Positions 1 through 9,359 of a DNA stretch of 64,000 bases are shown piece by piece. Origin of the DNA: an uncultured Bacteroidales bacterium (GTDB lineage: Bacteria; Bacteroidota; Bacteroidia; Bacteroidales; B18-G4); NCBI GenBank assembly GCA_964487735.1, contig CAZASJ010000002.1:36362-100361 (forward strand). The letters run 5' to 3'. The position numbers were made by a program, and so were the translations under genes. The notes under the pieces were generated by a model that was given only the letters and a program-made list of their open reading frames with translations, made no database searches and had not been told where the DNA came from. Each line of letters starts with the position of its first letter. The first letter of the stretch is position 1.

Positions 1-1803
1 AGCTACGGAAGTTTGCCCCATGATGGATTCGATTGATCTGCTAATGGAAGTGGGCGTAATACCATGTTTTTCATTGTATTTAAGCTGGGTGGTTCTTCTG
101 CGATCGGTCTCATCCATGGTCTTGCGCATCGAATCCGTGATTTTATCAGCATACATGATCACTTTGCTATCCAGGTTTCTGGCGGCACGGCCTGCGGTTT
201 GTGTCAATGACCTTGCCGATCTTAAAAATCCTTCTTTATCAGCATCCAGAATGGCCACAAGAGCAACTTCAGGCAGGTCAAGTCCTTCACGCAGGAGGTT
301 GACACCTATAAGGACATCAAATTCGCCCAACCTCAGTCCCCTCATAATCTCAACCCTGTCCAGGGTATCTACTTCAGAATGAATGTAGCGACACTTAATA
401 TTCAGGTTCATCATGTATTTGGTCAATTCTTCTGCCATCCGTTTTGTAAGGGTCGTTACCAGCACCCTGTCGCCCTTTTTGATCACTAAGTCGATCTGAT
501 CTAACAGATCATCGATCTGATTGGTGCTGGGCCTGACCTCAATTTCGGGGTCCAGGAGTCCGGTGGGCCGGATCAATTGCTCTACCACGATACCTTCAGC
601 ACGTTGTAGTTCATAGTCAGCCGGCGTGGCACTTACGTATAGTGTTTGCCCGGTGACTTGCTCAAATTCGTCAAATTTCAGAGGCCTGTTATCCATGGCT
701 GAGGGCAACCTGAAGCCATATTCCACAAGATTGTGCTTGCGCGATCTGTCACCGCCATACATGGCCCGGATCTGCGGAATGGTAGCATGACTTTCATCGA
801 TGATGAGTAGAAAATCATCAGGAAAGTAATCCAGCAGGCAAAATGGCCTGGACCCAGGTTCACGGCCATCAAAATAACGGGAATAATTCTCAATTCCTGA
901 GCAATAACCCAGTTCTCTCATCATTTCAAGGTCATAAGACACCCTGTCTTCTAATCTTTTTGCTTCCAGGTGTTTTCCGTTATCCTTGAAATATGCGACC
1001 TGCCGATTCATATCATCCTGTATATATACCAGGGCATCTTTCATTTTGTCTTTTGAAGTCACAAAAACGTTTGCCGGGTATATGGAGGCACTGTCAAGCA
1101 GGCTAATCCCTTTATTGCTAAGCGGGTCAAAGGTTTCTATACTTTCTACTTCTTCTCCGAAAAATATAATTCTGAAGGCAAAATCGGCATAGGCCGGATG
1201 AATGTCGATGGTATCACCGCGAACGCGGAATTTTCCCCTTCCAAAATCACTTTCTGTCCTGCTGTACAGGCTGTTTACCAGCTGAAAAAGAAATTTATTC
1301 CTGCTAACTTTCTCGCCTACTTTGATCTTTGTTACATTATGGGTGAAATCATCCGGGTTCCCTATGCCATAGATGCATGATACGGAAGAAACAACAATGA
1401 CATCCCTTCTGCCGGATAGCAGACTCGAAGATGCACTCAGTCTTAGTTTATCAATCTCATCATTAATTGATAGATCTTTCTCGATATAAGTGTTGGTAAC
1501 AGGAATATAGGCTTCAGGTTGGTAGTAATCATAATATGAAACAAAATATTCTACAGCATTTTCGGGGAAGAATTGTTTGAATTCACCATATAACTGCGCT
1601 GCCAGGGTTTTGTTATGACTTAATATCAGGGCAGGTCTGTTCAACTGCTGTAAGGCATTCGCTATGGTAAAAGTCTTCCCTGAACCGGTCACACCCAGGA
1701 GCACTTGTGACTGATCTCCCCGATTGACGCCTTCAACGAGTTGCTTTATTGCCTGTGGCTGATCTCCAGTCGGTTTAAAGTCGGAAACTAGTTTAAGATT
1801 CAT
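1..1803 (-). CDS. uvrB: Excinuclease ABC subunit B (UvrB), C-terminus cut by window edge
   Basis: Absent from the ORF track because there is no stop inside the window. My minus-strand translation from the ATG at 1803-1801 reads [99 protein letters not shown]... (Walker A GSGKT). It stays open for 601 codons to position 1. ATGA start/stop overlap with the upstream gene at 1800-1803. Confidence 0.93.
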   Translation of the reverse strand, partial: MNLKLVSDFKPTGDQPQAIKQLVEGVNRGDQSQVLLGVTGSGKTFTIANALQQLNRPALILSHNKTLAAQLYGEFKQFFPENAVEYFVSYYDYYQPEAYIPVTNTYIEKDLSINDEIDKLRLSASSSLLSGRRDVIVVSSVSCIYGIGNPDDFTHNVTKIKVGEKVSRNKFLFQLVNSLYSRTESDFGRGKFRVRGDTIDIHPAYADFAFRIIFFGEEVESIETFDPLSNKGISLLDSASIYPANVFVTSKDKMKDALVYIQDDMNRQVAYFKDNGKHLEAKRLEDRVSYDLEMMRELGYCSGIENYSRYFDGREPGSRPFCLLDYFPDDFLLIIDESHATIPQIRAMYGGDRSRKHNLVEYGFRLPSAMDNRPLKFDEFEQVTGQTLYVSATPADYELQRAEGIVVEQLIRPTGLLDPEIEVRPSTNQIDDLLDQIDLVIKKGDRVLVTTLTKRMAEELTKYMMNLNIKCRYIHSEVDTLDRVEIMRGLRLGEFDVLIGVNLLREGLDLPEVALVAILDADKEGFLRSARSLTQTAGRAARNLDSKVIMYADKITDSMRKTMDETDRRRTTQLKYNEKHGITPTSISRSIESIMGQTSVA

Positions 1804-2927
1804 TCATCAGCCTTTCCTAGATAAACGCTTATCGGGAAATGATCTGACAAGCTTTTTTTGTGTACGATGAATTCGTATGATTGAAAATTATCGGAGAAGA
1901 AGATGTAGTCGATGCGCATTGGTGGTAATTTCCCGGCGAAAGTGTTCCCAAGGCCTTGCCCGGCAGTAACAAATGCATCATTCAGGCCTTCGGAGATCTT
2001 ATGGTATGCATAAGATAGGGGAGTGTCATTGAAATCCCCGCATATGATAACAGGATATGGGGACTCCTTAATGCTTCTGACTACAATTAGGGTTTGCCTG
2101 GCCCTCATCTTATATGCATTGTGCAATTTCTTTAGAATGCTTTTAGATCCTTCTCCGAAGGAAGCTGATTCTGTTTGACCTTTGCTTACATCCTCGACGA
2201 ATTTGTAATCTTCATGCTGAAGCCGAATCGATTGCAGGTGAAGGTTATACAATCTGAAGGTGTCTTTCTCGAAAACAATATCGGAATAGATCCCAAAATG
2301 ATGGTATCCTCCGGTCATCGACAAGCTTTGTGTATTTAAAAGCGGATGTTTGCTGAGGATAATCATTGCATCTATCCTGTTTGTTTTATGAGGATAGTAG
2401 TTCGTATGTACGCAATATGAAAAACCTGTCCTCTCTTTCAGATTCTTAAATGTGCCCTCAAAGTCACTTCCTTTTGCCGAAAATTCCTGCAGGCATGTTA
2501 TTTCGGCATTCTCATTCTGAATGAATTCATAAATATCCTGGCGGATGTCAGCATTTTCAATTCCTATATTACTATGAGCCATATTCTGTACATTATAGCT
2601 GAGTAGTTTCATGACTGTGCTTGCCGGGGCCTCTTTTCCAGAGAAGAGTTGTATGTGCTTAATAAATGGCTGATAACCAATCAGGATAATGATCAGTGAT
2701 AGAAAAAGCCTGCGCTTTCTGCGAATGAGCCAAAAAAGCAAGAACAAGGCATTGATCAATAAAAGAGCAGGGTAGCCAAGTCCAAAAAATGCAAAGACCG
2801 TGATGCTTTCAGGGTTTATATATGATGAGAGGTAAGAGGTCAGCAGGAAAAAGGCAAACAGCAGATTCAGCAACCAGATAATGTTGCTGATCAATCCTCT
2901 TCTTTTTCTTGTACTGTTTTCACCCAT
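1800..2927 (-). CDS. Membrane-anchored endonuclease/exonuclease/phosphatase (EEP) family protein
   Basis: 375 aa. N-terminal hydrophobic helices are followed by EEP-like motifs ([33 protein letters not shown]). Stop overlaps the uvrB start. Confidence 0.75.
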   Translation of the reverse strand: MGENSTRKRRGLISNIIWLLNLLFAFFLLTSYLSSYINPESITVFAFFGLGYPALLLINALFLLFWLIRRKRRLFLSLIIILIGYQPFIKHIQLFSGKEAPASTVMKLLSYNVQNMAHSNIGIENADIRQDIYEFIQNENAEITCLQEFSAKGSDFEGTFKNLKERTGFSYCVHTNYYPHKTNRIDAMIILSKHPLLNTQSLSMTGGYHHFGIYSDIVFEKDTFRLYNLHLQSIRLQHEDYKFVEDVSKGQTESASFGEGSKSILKKLHNAYKMRARQTLIVVRSIKESPYPVIICGDFNDTPLSYAYHKISEGLNDAFVTAGQGLGNTFAGKLPPMRIDYIFFSDNFQSYEFIVHKKSLSDHFPISVYLGKADE

Positions 2928-2936
2928 AAAAGTAGT

Positions 2937-4553
2937 TTATCTGTGGGTCATCTTTAGGTATGAGACTTCTTTACCCGATGAAAGTTTAAGATAATATATA
3001 CCACTTCCCAAGCCGGATGCAGACCATTTTATCTGTTGTTTCCCAGGATTTAAGTTGGCATTCACAGGTATGTCAATTAGCTGTCCTGCTGTATTGAATA
3101 TTTCTGCTTTAATATGCATTTGTTCGTTCAGGTCAAAATGCAATGTAGTCTCATTCATAAATGGGTTGGGATAATTCTGGTACAATGTAAAGGACTCATT
3201 TTCAATACTTATCTCTTCAACAGATATTGGAATATCAACAATAGCAGTATAGATTTCCTGGTTATAGTTTCCGGCTCGGTCATCGGTCCAAACCGGTACA
3301 ATTTTACCATCATAAGCATCTATACCAATATAATCCCCGAAACGTACATTGCTGTTAGGTGTGTTTCCACTAAACGATTCATTGCTCAATCGCATGTTGG
3401 ACCAGGAGTTCCCCTGATCATCAGAGTATGCGATGTATGCATTCATCTCATTGGGTCCTTCCCGCTCATCATAGTAAGCTATAACGATGCGTCCATTGTC
3501 GTCACATTCAATTACAGGCCAGTACTGCATGTTCAAGGTAATATCATTTACAAGGATAGGCTGAGCCATCCAGGTATCTCCATGATCGGTGGAGCGCTGG
3601 AACCAGATATCGTCTGTTCCGCCCCTTGCATCCGACCAGGTTACATAAACATTCCCCCTTGAAGATTTTTGTGAAAAATCGGTGCAGATATATGGGAAGC
3701 TTGTGGTTTGCTGGTAATTGTAAGAACTTATGTAACTATCAGTCCCAAAGCTTGTTCCTCCATCCGTGGACCTGTCGAATACGAGTCCGTTATCCCACCA
3801 TACAATATAAATGTTTCCATTGGTTCCGGTTGAGAGATTTGCTCCCTGGCCCCAATATCCATCGCTAACATTTACGGTAGAACTCCAATTGGTACCACCT
3901 ACATCAGATTTGCGGAACCTGATTTTCGGTACAGGGCCAAAACTGCGCCATACGATCAATACATTGTCGTAAGTACTGTTGGTGCTTACAGGATCACAAA
4001 ATATCCATTCCTTGTCTTCACCCTGGTTGCCGCTTCCTGGCACGGCAACTGCATGAAGGTTCCAGCTTACGCCTTCATCCGTTGATTTATAAACGATCAT
4101 CGACCTGTTGTAGTTAGTAACAGGTTGGCGTGAAGTACTACTTAAATAGAAGTGTCCTGAGGCATCGCTTGTGAGTACCGGATCGCTTTGCGACAAATAG
4201 TCCGGCTCGGGATCGGGGAGGAGCTGGCTTTCCGACCAGGTTACACCCCCATCATGAGAATAGGAGTATCCGATCCTTCGAACTACGTTTGGTTCTTGCC
4301 ATCCTTCCCTGAAATCACGCCAGGCCGCAACAACAACATTCGGATTTGTGCGGCTGATCCGCACCGTAGGCTCATTCACAGGTGTTGATACATTCGAAAT
4401 ATTATGATCAGCAAATACCGGATTATCCAGAAAGCTTTTCATGGGGTAAACGCCCGAATGGTCGATATCAAATGCGTGAAGTTCAGTTTCCTGGGAATAT
4501 AAGTTTACTCCTAGAAAAATGAAAGGAATCACTATGAGTAATTTTTTAATCAT
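2937..4553 (-). CDS. Secreted BNR/Asp-box (sialidase-like six-bladed propeller) protein with T9SS C-terminal sorting domain
   Basis: Signal peptide MIKKLLIVIPFIFLGVNLYSQ. Six Asp-box-like motifs (SHDGGVTW, STDEGVSW, SDVGGTNW, STDGGTSF, STDHGDTW, SDDQGNSW). C-terminal YPNPF...GIYYLKL T9SS-type domain. Start overlaps the upstream stop by 4 nt. Confidence 0.8.
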   Translation of the reverse strand: MIKKLLIVIPFIFLGVNLYSQETELHAFDIDHSGVYPMKSFLDNPVFADHNISNVSTPVNEPTVRISRTNPNVVVAAWRDFREGWQEPNVVRRIGYSYSHDGGVTWSESQLLPDPEPDYLSQSDPVLTSDASGHFYLSSTSRQPVTNYNRSMIVYKSTDEGVSWNLHAVAVPGSGNQGEDKEWIFCDPVSTNSTYDNVLIVWRSFGPVPKIRFRKSDVGGTNWSSTVNVSDGYWGQGANLSTGTNGNIYIVWWDNGLVFDRSTDGGTSFGTDSYISSYNYQQTTSFPYICTDFSQKSSRGNVYVTWSDARGGTDDIWFQRSTDHGDTWMAQPILVNDITLNMQYWPVIECDDNGRIVIAYYDEREGPNEMNAYIAYSDDQGNSWSNMRLSNESFSGNTPNSNVRFGDYIGIDAYDGKIVPVWTDDRAGNYNQEIYTAIVDIPISVEEISIENESFTLYQNYPNPFMNETTLHFDLNEQMHIKAEIFNTAGQLIDIPVNANLNPGKQQIKWSASGLGSGIYYLKLSSGKEVSYLKMTHR

Positions 4554-5485
4554 TTTGAGTTGTTTTTATTGCTGTTGCTAAATAATAGTGCTTTCTCTTC
4601 TTTCGTAAGGCTTTCGTAGCCGGATTGTGAGATCTTATCCAGAATTTCATCAATTCGTTTTTGTTCCCTTGCCTTCAGGCGATTGTATTCATCGTCAGAG
4701 AGAGGGCGTTTAGGTTTCTCGGCCTTTATCTTTGGTTTCTTCCGTTTGATTTTAGGCTTGCCTTTACGCTTATCAAAAATTGAAAATATCTTGCTGAAAT
4801 CCCTGCCCTTCTTAAAATAATACACATATAAAAACCCATATACTGCACCACCGATATGTGCAATGTTCCCTCCGGCATTACCATTTCGGATAGTGAAGAA
4901 ATCCACTATGAATAATATCAATGCAATATAGAAAATCTTAACCCTTCCGAAAAAGATCAGGGAAATGGTATAGTTTGGTACATAAACGGAAATTGCTACC
5001 ACTATGGCCATTACGGATGCACTGGCACCCAATGCCCTGGCCATATATAATGTTTCGCTAAAAACAGGAAAAATGTTAAAAGTAAGAATGTAAAGAAGGC
5101 CGCCTGCAATCCCTCCCAGGAGGTAGGTAGACAGCAGCTGTCTTTGAGTGAGGTAGCTTGTAAATATTCTTCCAAACCAATACAACCATAGCATATTAAA
5201 CAGGATGTGCCAGAAACTGGTATGCAGGAACATATAGGTAAATAAGGTCCAGGGCCTGCTTATCAGCATATCCATATTGGCAGGCAATGCCAGGTAATCC
5301 AGGATGTACTCCTGCATTAAAATATCTGAATAATTAAAAGCCCAGCCAATGATGGTCACCACTTGAACCAAGGCCCAGATGACAAGGTTGATAATGATCA
5401 ACCTGGGTAATATTGCGCTGCCGCGAAAAAACTTTTTCAGGTCTTCCAGGGGATTTGGACGCTGTGTATATTGGAATTGATTCAA
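4550..5485 (-). CDS. Rhomboid family intramembrane serine protease with lysine-rich cytoplasmic tail
   Basis: 311 aa, polytopic. Contains HTSFWHILFNM, GASASVMAIV (GxSx) and AHIGGAVYG (catalytic His region). The C-terminal ~90 aa are charged (KRKGKPKIKRKKPKIK...). Confidence 0.8.
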   Translation of the reverse strand: MNQFQYTQRPNPLEDLKKFFRGSAILPRLIIINLVIWALVQVVTIIGWAFNYSDILMQEYILDYLALPANMDMLISRPWTLFTYMFLHTSFWHILFNMLWLYWFGRIFTSYLTQRQLLSTYLLGGIAGGLLYILTFNIFPVFSETLYMARALGASASVMAIVVAISVYVPNYTISLIFFGRVKIFYIALILFIVDFFTIRNGNAGGNIAHIGGAVYGFLYVYYFKKGRDFSKIFSIFDKRKGKPKIKRKKPKIKAEKPKRPLSDDEYNRLKAREQKRIDEILDKISQSGYESLTKEEKALLFSNSNKNNSK

Positions 5486-5532
5486 TGTTTTTCTTGTTTC
5501 TTGTTATAGGTTGCTGGTTATCTATTTCTTAA

Positions 5533-5570
5533 TTCGTATTTCGTATTTCGTAGTTCGTAATTCATAGTTC
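5533..5570. repeat. Tandem heptanucleotide array, about 5.4 units (TTCGTAT TTCGTAT TTCGTAG TTCGTAA TTCATAG TTC)
   Basis: Read directly. 7-nt periodicity between the stop of the 5570-6319 gene and the start (5485) of the next rhomboid gene. Confidence 0.85.
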
Positions 5571-6319
5571 TAATACACCCCTTTTCTTTTCCAATAAACA
5601 ATCAGGAAATATCCAAATACCATCCCGCCCAGGTGAGCAAAATGGGCAATGCCGTCCTGGGTGCCGGTAACACCGAAATAAAGTTCCAGAACACCATATA
5701 TCATAACAAAATACTTGGCCCTGACGGGTATAGCAAAGAACACATAGATCATGGTATTCGGGAACATCATCCCAAAGGCAAGCAATATTCCAAAAACAGC
5801 TCCGGAAGCACCTACTGTGGGAGTATTGACAGTCTGGTAAAGTGATACCATATTGTCATATCCTTCCTGGGTCAGGCCTGCAATATTTGCCCAGAGTTCA
5901 GGAGCCGTATTGTAAACATGGCTGACTTGTTCGGGTGTAAGCAAGGCTTCCACAGATTGTATCCTGAAAAAGGCCACAATTAATTGTACAAGCCCGGCCC
6001 CAATGCCGGTAATCATATAAAAAGTGAGAAATCGCTTCGGTCCCCAAGCCTGTTCAAGGATACTTCCAAACATCCACAAAGCAAACATATTGAACAGGAG
6101 ATGGTAGAAACCACCGTGCATGAACATATATGAAACAAGCTGCCAGGATTGGAAATATTGAGACGTGAAAAAGTGAAGGCCCAGGATCTGGTACAGATTT
6201 GCCTGTTCCTTGAAAAGTTCTGTAATCAATAAAACCAAGGCATTGATAATAATGAGGTTAAGCACCACGGGTGGCAATCCCATGAAACCTCTTCTGCCGC
6301 TTTGTTGAAATCCACTCAT
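5570..6319 (-). CDS. Rhomboid family intramembrane serine protease
   Basis: 249 aa. Contains FMHGGFYHLLFNM, GASGAVFGILLA (GxSG) and AHLGGMVFG. Confidence 0.85.
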   Translation of the reverse strand: MSGFQQSGRRGFMGLPPVVLNLIIINALVLLITELFKEQANLYQILGLHFFTSQYFQSWQLVSYMFMHGGFYHLLFNMFALWMFGSILEQAWGPKRFLTFYMITGIGAGLVQLIVAFFRIQSVEALLTPEQVSHVYNTAPELWANIAGLTQEGYDNMVSLYQTVNTPTVGASGAVFGILLAFGMMFPNTMIYVFFAIPVRAKYFVMIYGVLELYFGVTGTQDGIAHFAHLGGMVFGYFLIVYWKRKGVY

Positions 6320-6328
6320 GCTTTCTGA

Positions 6329-8152
6329 TTATTTGAATAACTTCTCGATTTCTTCCTGACTGATCATGCTGATAATTCTTTTTCCTGCCGGTGATGTTTC
6401 CGGTACACTGCTGCTAAATAAACTGCTGATCAATCCTTCCATTTCTTCCATTGCCATGCTGCTACTTGATTTCACAGCCAGGTTAGCCGCCATCGCCTTT
6501 GCAAGGTTTGACTTGTTATCCTGATCAAGATCCAGCAGGTTCTTTTTATAGTTATCAAGTATCTTTTCTAACAATTCTCTGATATTCTTGTTCATGGCAC
6601 TCTCAGGAATGCCTGTAATTACAAAAGTATTCTTTCCTAGGTCATTCATACTAAATCCGAGCAATTCCAGTTCGGGTTTGAGTTCTTTAATGATCTCGGC
6701 ATCGCTCAATGGGAAGCTTATCTGTTGTGGAAACAGTTCCTGTTGACTATTGGCTTTTCCACTTTCCATCTGTGCCATAAAACGGTCGTACAATATCCTT
6801 TCATGTGCACGTCTGCGGTCAATGAGCATGATTCCTGAGCTTGTAGCCGTCACTATATATCTTCCTCCAAATAGAAATATTCCTGGTGATCTTGAAGGAT
6901 TTTCATTTTCGTTGGAGAATATAGGTGCATCACTGCTGGTCTGTACAGTTTGATGATCACCTTTATTGTACAGCATCTCCCAGTTTTCCTTATTGCTTCT
7001 TTCTCTATCAGAATCATGCTTCTTAGAAAGGGGTGTTTCTTGCCTCTCGAAAGGATTGTATCCGCTGGGTTTGGTGTCAAAAGGATTTTTAACAGGAAAA
7101 TCCTTGTTCGGTGGCCGGAAAGCGATGCTTTGTTCTACATCAAAGTCGATGGCTGGAGTAATATTGAATTTACCAAGAGCCTGCCTGACGGCAGATTTCA
7201 GGATGGCATAAATATGCTGTTGGTCCTGGAAGTTTACTTCTGTCTTGGTAGGATGAATATTGATGTCTATCCTGTCGGGATCGGTTTCTATATAAATAAA
7301 ATAGGAAGGAAAAGTATCCGCCGGTAAGACCTCCTGGTAAGCCTGATCGATGGAATGATGCAGGTAGGGGTGTTTTATGAACCTGCCGTTGACAAAAAAA
7401 TATTGCTCACCACGTGTCTTACGTGCATATTCCGGCTTCCCAATGAAGCCACTGATATTGGCTATACTTGACTTTTCTTCAATTGGAACCAGTCTTTCTT
7501 TATATGGGTTTCCATAAATAGAAACGATCCTTTCTTTAAGGCCTGATCTCTTCAGCTGATAAATGACCTTATTATTGGCTTGAAAGCTAAATGCAATGTC
7601 TTCATGCACCATCGCAACTCTCAGGAATTCTTCAGTGATATGCCTAAGCTCGGCAGTATTTGATTTCAGGAAATTCCTGCGTGCAGGAACATTGAAAAAA
7701 AGGTTTTTAACAGAGAGAATGCTTCCATTCGAGGTAGTACAAGCTGCCTGGTCGGTTATTTTTGAACCTTCAATTGATATCCTGGTACCCAGCTCATCTT
7801 CAAGTCTTTTGGTTTTAAGTTCCACCTGGGCAATGGCGGCAATGGATGCAAGGGCTTCGCCCCTGAATCCAAGCGTCTTGATGGCAAAAAGGTCCTTGGC
7901 ATCTTTTATTTTTGAAGTAGCGTGCCGCTCAAAACTCATGCGGGCATCGGTTCCCGACATTCCACATCCATTGTCAATGACCTGAATCAGTGCCTTGCCG
8001 GAATCTTTAACGATCAGTTGTACATGATCCGCACCTGCATCTACTGCATTCTCCAGCAGTTCTTTTACGGCAGAAGCAGGCCTTTGAATGACCTCACCCG
8101 CAGCGATCTGGTTGGCCACGGCATCCGATAGAAGTTGTATGATATCAGGCAT
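6329..8152 (-). CDS. mutL: DNA mismatch repair protein MutL
   Basis: 607 aa. N-terminal GHKL ATPase motifs (IAAGEVIQRPASAVKELLENAVDAGA, DNGCGM, TLGFRGEALASI). Typical length and C-terminal dimerisation region. Confidence 0.95.
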   Translation of the reverse strand: MPDIIQLLSDAVANQIAAGEVIQRPASAVKELLENAVDAGADHVQLIVKDSGKALIQVIDNGCGMSGTDARMSFERHATSKIKDAKDLFAIKTLGFRGEALASIAAIAQVELKTKRLEDELGTRISIEGSKITDQAACTTSNGSILSVKNLFFNVPARRNFLKSNTAELRHITEEFLRVAMVHEDIAFSFQANNKVIYQLKRSGLKERIVSIYGNPYKERLVPIEEKSSIANISGFIGKPEYARKTRGEQYFFVNGRFIKHPYLHHSIDQAYQEVLPADTFPSYFIYIETDPDRIDINIHPTKTEVNFQDQQHIYAILKSAVRQALGKFNITPAIDFDVEQSIAFRPPNKDFPVKNPFDTKPSGYNPFERQETPLSKKHDSDRERSNKENWEMLYNKGDHQTVQTSSDAPIFSNENENPSRSPGIFLFGGRYIVTATSSGIMLIDRRRAHERILYDRFMAQMESGKANSQQELFPQQISFPLSDAEIIKELKPELELLGFSMNDLGKNTFVITGIPESAMNKNIRELLEKILDNYKKNLLDLDQDNKSNLAKAMAANLAVKSSSSMAMEEMEGLISSLFSSSVPETSPAGKRIISMISQEEIEKLFK

Positions 8153-8469
8153 TACTCTGTGAAAAATCTAACCATATTGTTTATGAAACCGGTGAAGAAG
8201 ATAAAATATACCGCAAAGAATATGACAAGAGCATAAATAAACATCTTCATCCAGGGATTTGCGCGTCCCACTGCATCAGGGGCATGCTTTCGTCGCCACC
8301 TGTTATCCATTCCACTACGCAGGTCCGACTTGATCTCCTCTGTACTGCGTTTTCCATCGCCATCAAGCAGTCGCTTTCTTCTCTCAAATTCTTCAGCTTC
8401 CGGATCCCAATACCTTGGTTTGTATTCAAATGCCTTCGGCTTCGGACGCCTAAAAAAAACTATTTTCAT
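8152..8469 (-). CDS. Small conserved-looking hypothetical protein with C-terminal TM helix
   Basis: The ORF track gives 8152-8541. I prefer the internal ATG (MKIVFFRRPKPKAF...) at 8469, because the upstream 24 codons look like non-coding leader. 1-nt TAATG overlap with the mutL start. Function unknown. Confidence 0.5.
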   Translation of the reverse strand: MKIVFFRRPKPKAFEYKPRYWDPEAEEFERRKRLLDGDGKRSTEEIKSDLRSGMDNRWRRKHAPDAVGRANPWMKMFIYALVIFFAVYFIFFTGFINNMVRFFTE

Positions 8470-8681
8470 TGCATTCTTGTATTTCAAGTATTCCAAGTAC
8501 TTCCCCCCGATAAAAATCGGGCATGAATACTTTTCCTGCAAATTTACTCAATTTTATCATTCAAAACGTGCTCAGTCCTGAGGTAGTGCAATCACTTTAA
8601 AGCAGGTCAATGGTTCATCAGGAATAAATACCTGAGAAAGAAAATGAATGTAAATTATAATAAGTTGAGAAAGTTGGCCTT

Positions 8682-9239
8682 TTATGATCTTGCAAGTACA
8701 GGAAAACGCTGTTGAGCATAATAAAAAGCACCAAAGAAAACTGCATTATAAAAGAATCCTCCCATGATTTCATTCAGGAAGAAAGAAAGTCCGTAAGAAC
8801 CATCATTGAAAAATACCAGGCCTGCAGTATACGCCTGCATAAGGCCACCAACATTTTGCGTATAAAGTTGTGGTGAGCTCAGCCATGCAGCAAAATTTGT
8901 AATAAGAAAAAATACAACAGAAGCTGTAAGGGATGCTCCCATCACTTTTCCAAAAGTTATCTTTTTACTTATGAACAAGCCTATGGTCACAGTTACAGCA
9001 AATGCAATATAAACTGCAAGCATACTATCGTGGAAGCCGATGAGCAGATCACTGATGAGCATGGCAGCAATAGGAATTGCAAAAGCCAGGTATTTTTTGC
9101 CAAGATAAGCACCACCAAATAAAGCCATAGCAGCGATCGGAGTGAAATTAGGCCAGTGAGGGATAAGTCTCATTAGGGCTCCGGCAAATATAATACCGAT
9201 CAATACTGTTAAGCGTGTATTCCAGATTTTCTTGTTCAT
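8682..9239 (-). CDS. Polytopic membrane protein (resembles DUF6580 / ECF S-component-like putative transporter)
   Basis: 185 aa with 5-6 hydrophobic helices. Contains the LIPHWPNFTPIAAMALFGG motif recalled from that family. Family assignment is from memory only. Confidence 0.5.
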   Translation of the reverse strand: MNKKIWNTRLTVLIGIIFAGALMRLIPHWPNFTPIAAMALFGGAYLGKKYLAFAIPIAAMLISDLLIGFHDSMLAVYIAFAVTVTIGLFISKKITFGKVMGASLTASVVFFLITNFAAWLSSPQLYTQNVGGLMQAYTAGLVFFNDGSYGLSFFLNEIMGGFFYNAVFFGAFYYAQQRFPVLARS

Positions 9240-9328
9240 AATCAGTGGGTTATTATTTCTGTGTAAAATTACAAAATTAGAATTAGCGAACTAATTTATC
9301 CTAAATTAAATTTAGAACACGAAATTAC

Positions 9329-9336
9329 TAAATTTG
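9329..9336 (+). promoter_or_regulatory. Candidate Bacteroidota -7 box TAAATTTG
   Basis: Matches TAnnTTTG, 24 nt upstream of the ATG at 9360. Confidence 0.35.
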
Positions 9337-9359
9337 TTTAATAAAAATTTTCCTTCTTT

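Noticed and set aside
20-1380. Plus-strand ORFs 20-382, 986-1192 and 1198-1380 and minus-strand ORF 678-893 from the track
   Set aside because: All overlap the unlisted but unmistakable uvrB reading frame on the minus strand (1-1803).
5533-5570. Possibility that the short tandem arrays are CRISPR or minisatellite coding repeats
   Set aside because: The units are 7 nt with no spacers, the arrays are at most 38 nt, and no cas genes are present. They are not CRISPR. Apart from the NUDIX gene end, they are intergenic.
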